Shown here: positions 61,065 through 64,000 of the stretch, piece after piece
Layout: each line of letters begins with the position of its first letter
Numbering within the stretch: the stretch's first letter is position 1
Source: an uncultured delta proteobacterium
GTDB lineage: Bacteria; Desulfobacterota; Syntrophia; Syntrophales; Smithellaceae
Assembly (NCBI GenBank): GCA_963811325.1
Contig: CAWEQT010000002.1
Location: 316,777-380,776 of the forward strand
Length of the DNA: 64,000 nt
Reading direction: 5' to 3'
Notes under the pieces: generated by a model
What the model was told of the DNA's origin: nothing
What the model saw: the letters and a program-made list of their open reading frames with translations, nothing else
Databases searched by the model: none
Position numbers and translations under genes: made by a program

Positions 61065-61373
61065 CTACGCTTTTATTTCCACATCCACGCCGGCGGAGAG
61101 ATCCAGTTTCATCAAAGCGTCCACCGTGGCTTGAGTAGGCCCGACGATATCAACCAATCTTTTATGTGTTCTGATTTCAAACTGCTCGCGAGATTTTTTG
61201 TCCACATGAGGTGAGCGATTTACACAATACTTATTGATTTCCGTAGGAATAGGGATAGGACCGGCAACACGCGCACCTGTTTTCTTAGCGGTCTCTACTA
61301 TTTCCTCTACTGAACGATCTAATAATTTATAATCGTAAGCCTTGAGACGAATTCTAATCTTTTGCTCTTTCAT
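61065..61373 (-). CDS. rpsJ: 30S ribosomal protein S10
   Basis: [16 protein letters not shown]. Confidence 0.96.
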   Translation of the reverse strand: MKEQKIRIRLKAYDYKLLDRSVEEIVETAKKTGARVAGPIPIPTEINKYCVNRSPHVDKKSREQFEIRTHKRLVDIVGPTQATVDALMKLDLSAGVDVEIKA

Positions 61374-61398
61374 TGATCAAATAACCTATTCCCTGTTT

Positions 61399-62592
61399 CT
61401 ATTCAATAATCTTGCTTACGACTCCAGCACCTACTGTTCTTCCACCCTCACGAATAGCGAATCTTAACTGCTGTTCCATAGCAATGGGCATGATTAACTC
61501 AATGGTCATATTGACGTTATCGCCAGGCATAACCATTTCCACTCCTTCAGGAAGTGTCGCTATTCCCGTCACATCGGTTGTCCGGAAATAAAACTGCGGA
61601 CGATAACCGGAGAAGAATGGCGTATGACGGCCACCTTCTTCCTTGGTCAGAACGTAAACAGCCGCTTCAAATTTGGTATGAGGAGTAATGGAACCTGGTT
61701 TTGCTACAACCTGACCTCTTTCCACTTCTTCACGTTTGATTCCACGGATCAACAAACCGACGTCATCACCGGCACGGCCTTCGTCAAGGGTTTTGCGGAA
61801 CATTTCCACACCGGTAACAACCGTCTTGATTGTCGGCCTGATTCCGATGATTTCAACTTCCTCGCCAACCTTTATGATACCTCTATCCACTCTGCCTGTA
61901 ACAACCGTGCCACGTCCGGAAATAGTAAAAACATCACCGACAGGCATAAGGAAAGGTTTCTCTGTATCACGTTTGGGTTCGGGAATGTAATTATCCACAG
62001 CGTCCATTAATTCCTCAATGCTTTTCACATCGGGAGAATTAACATCATCGGCTTCCAGTGCTTTCAGTGCGGAGCCACGGATGATGGGAATATCATCACC
62101 AGGAAATTCATACTGAGTCAAAAGTTCTCTCAGTTCCAGTTCAACCAGATCCAGAAGTTCAGGATCGTCAACCAGATCAACTTTATTAAGATAAACGACA
62201 ATGTAAGGAACCTGCACCTGACGGGCAAGGAGAATATGTTCACGTGTTTGGGGCATAGGACCGTCGGAGGCGGCAACAACAAGAATCGTTCCGTCCATAT
62301 GGGCGGCGCCGGAAATCATGTTTTTGATATAGTCGGCATGGCCGGGGCAGTCCACGTGGGCGTAATGTCTTTTAGCCGTCTCGTATTCTACGTGGCAAAT
62401 GTTGATGGTAACGCCGCGTTCTTTTTCTTCCGGAGCATTATCAATCGAATCGAAAGCCCGGAATTCCGCCAAACCCTTCTTCGCCAGATATTTTGTAATT
62501 GCGGCCGTTAATGTGGTTTTACCATGATCCACGTGACCGATTGTTCCTATATTTAAATGCGGCTTAGTCCTTTCAAATTTTTTCTTTGCCAT
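61399..62592 (-). CDS. tuf: elongation factor Tu
   Basis: 397 aa with [17 protein letters not shown] and NKVD. Confidence 0.97.
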   Translation of the reverse strand: MAKKKFERTKPHLNIGTIGHVDHGKTTLTAAITKYLAKKGLAEFRAFDSIDNAPEEKERGVTINICHVEYETAKRHYAHVDCPGHADYIKNMISGAAHMDGTILVVAASDGPMPQTREHILLARQVQVPYIVVYLNKVDLVDDPELLDLVELELRELLTQYEFPGDDIPIIRGSALKALEADDVNSPDVKSIEELMDAVDNYIPEPKRDTEKPFLMPVGDVFTISGRGTVVTGRVDRGIIKVGEEVEIIGIRPTIKTVVTGVEMFRKTLDEGRAGDDVGLLIRGIKREEVERGQVVAKPGSITPHTKFEAAVYVLTKEEGGRHTPFFSGYRPQFYFRTTDVTGIATLPEGVEMVMPGDNVNMTIELIMPIAMEQQLRFAIREGGRTVGAGVVSKIIE

Positions 62593-62648
62593 CTCACCTT
62601 TCCTCCTTAACTTTGAATGGTTTGTTTCCTTATCGTTTAAATAGTCTC

Positions 62649-63119
62649 TTAAAATTTATAATGGGCAAAAGCTTTATTTGCTTCAGCCATCTTATGAACA
62701 GCTTCTTTTTTCTTGATCGCTCCGCCCCGATTATTGGCGGCGTCAATCAATTCACCGGCAAGTTTTTCACGCATGGCCTTTTCCGTGCGTTCCTGAGCGT
62801 TGGATATCAACCAGCGAATTGCCAGTGCAGTGCGTCTGGCCGGCACAACTTCTGTCGGTACTTGATAAGTAGAACCGCCGACACGCCTTGATTTCACTTC
62901 AATTACCGGCTTTACGTTATTTACAGCCTTTTCGAAAAGTTCAACCGGTTGCTCTTTTAATCTCTTTTCAATAATATCAAAAGCTCCATAAAGAATACTT
63001 TCGGCAACACTTTTTTTACCTCGTTTTAATAAAGAATTAACAAATTTTGCTACAAGTTTATTATTAAACTTGGGATCGGGCAAAATATCTCTTTTTTCGA
63101 CTTCCCGTCTTCTCGGCAT
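62649..63119 (-). CDS. rpsG: 30S ribosomal protein S7
   Basis: [18 protein letters not shown]. Confidence 0.96.
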   Translation of the reverse strand: MPRRREVEKRDILPDPKFNNKLVAKFVNSLLKRGKKSVAESILYGAFDIIEKRLKEQPVELFEKAVNNVKPVIEVKSRRVGGSTYQVPTEVVPARRTALAIRWLISNAQERTEKAMREKLAGELIDAANNRGGAIKKKEAVHKMAEANKAFAHYKF

Positions 63120-63138
63120 TTAATTATCTCCGTTTAAT

Positions 63139-63510
63139 TTAGCTTGGCTTTTTTGCGCCGTACTTTGATCTACCTTGTTTGCGGTCTTGTACTCCCACAG
63201 TATCAAGCGTACCTCTGATAACGTGATACCTTACACCAGGCAAATCCTTAACTCTGCCTCCGCGCACCAGAACAACGGAATGCTCCTGCAGATTGTGACC
63301 GATACCCGGAATGTAAGAAGTAACTTCATAACCGCTGGTGAGACGCACCCTGGCGACCTTCCGTAAAGCTGAATTCGGCTTTTTGGGTGTCGTCGTATAA
63401 ACTCTTACACAGACACCGCGACGTTGCGGCGAACCCGCCAGCGCCGGTGTATTTGTTTTCTTTTCAACTTTGATCCGGCCTTTCCGAATCAACTGACTTA
63501 TTGTAGGCAT
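63139..63510 (-). CDS. rpsL: 30S ribosomal protein S12
   Basis: [12 protein letters not shown] from the ATG at 63510, after AGGAGGG. The track ORF extends to 63576. Confidence 0.96.
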   Translation of the reverse strand: MPTISQLIRKGRIKVEKKTNTPALAGSPQRRGVCVRVYTTTPKKPNSALRKVARVRLTSGYEVTSYIPGIGHNLQEHSVVLVRGGRVKDLPGVRYHVIRGTLDTVGVQDRKQGRSKYGAKKPS

Positions 63511-63621
63511 TTCCCTCCTGAACCCGATCACTGCTCTTGTTTTTTTCAGTAGCAGTAAATCGTTAATAATTATCAATTCAAATTATATATGTCAAGCATT
63601 TTCTGAGCTTATTTTAATTTA

Positions 63622-64000
<379 letters not shown>

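Overview
This is a chromosomal window dominated by housekeeping genes. It comes from a low-GC bacterium (about 35-42% GC in hand-sampled lines) with an outer membrane (LptD, porin, Lgt-family, Tat, MltB present). I cannot place it to species.

Gene order:
- 1-16.1 kb: PBP1A (partial), tatC, tatA, an HDAC-like gene, gatCAB-mtnA-HAD, an ftcD-like gene, a phosphoesterase, ftsY and smc.
- 16.3-23.3 kb: an accessory or decaying block. It holds a CBS protein, a truncated Dph6-like gene, a conspicuously GC-rich OYE/FadH-type flavoenzyme, an AKR-FeS protein, an AmmeMemoRadiSam radical-SAM gene plus methyltransferase, and a decayed moaA.
- 23.5-31.1 kb: greA, queG, mltB, lptD, folC.
- 31.4-46.1 kb: a Pho cluster. 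It runs porin (with Pho box), DUF169 remnant, phoR-phoU-pstB-pstA-pstC, arsC remnant, pstS (with Pho box), then phoB. A 4-gene operon interrupts it: an unrecognisable 814-aa protein, psd, a dksA-type gene and an lgt-family gene.
- 46.7-64 kb: the ribosomal supercluster rpoC(partial)-rpsL-rpsG-tuf-S10/spc/alpha. fusA and adk are missing from their usual slots.

I found no rRNA, tRNA, CRISPR array, transposase or integrase.

Most notable observations:
1. A structured repeat family that I do not recognise has four copies, arranged as two inverted pairs (12.4/25.2 kb and 29.45/29.85 kb). The core is conserved, and the hairpin keeps its position but varies in sequence.
2. The 814-aa orphan protein is translationally coupled to psd inside the Pho cluster.
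3. Two near-identical Pho boxes tie a porin to the pst operon.
4. Four or more genes are decayed by truncation or internal deletion.
5. One GC-rich gene is probably horizontally acquired.

All calls rest on reading the sequence and the ORF track by eye. No searches were run.
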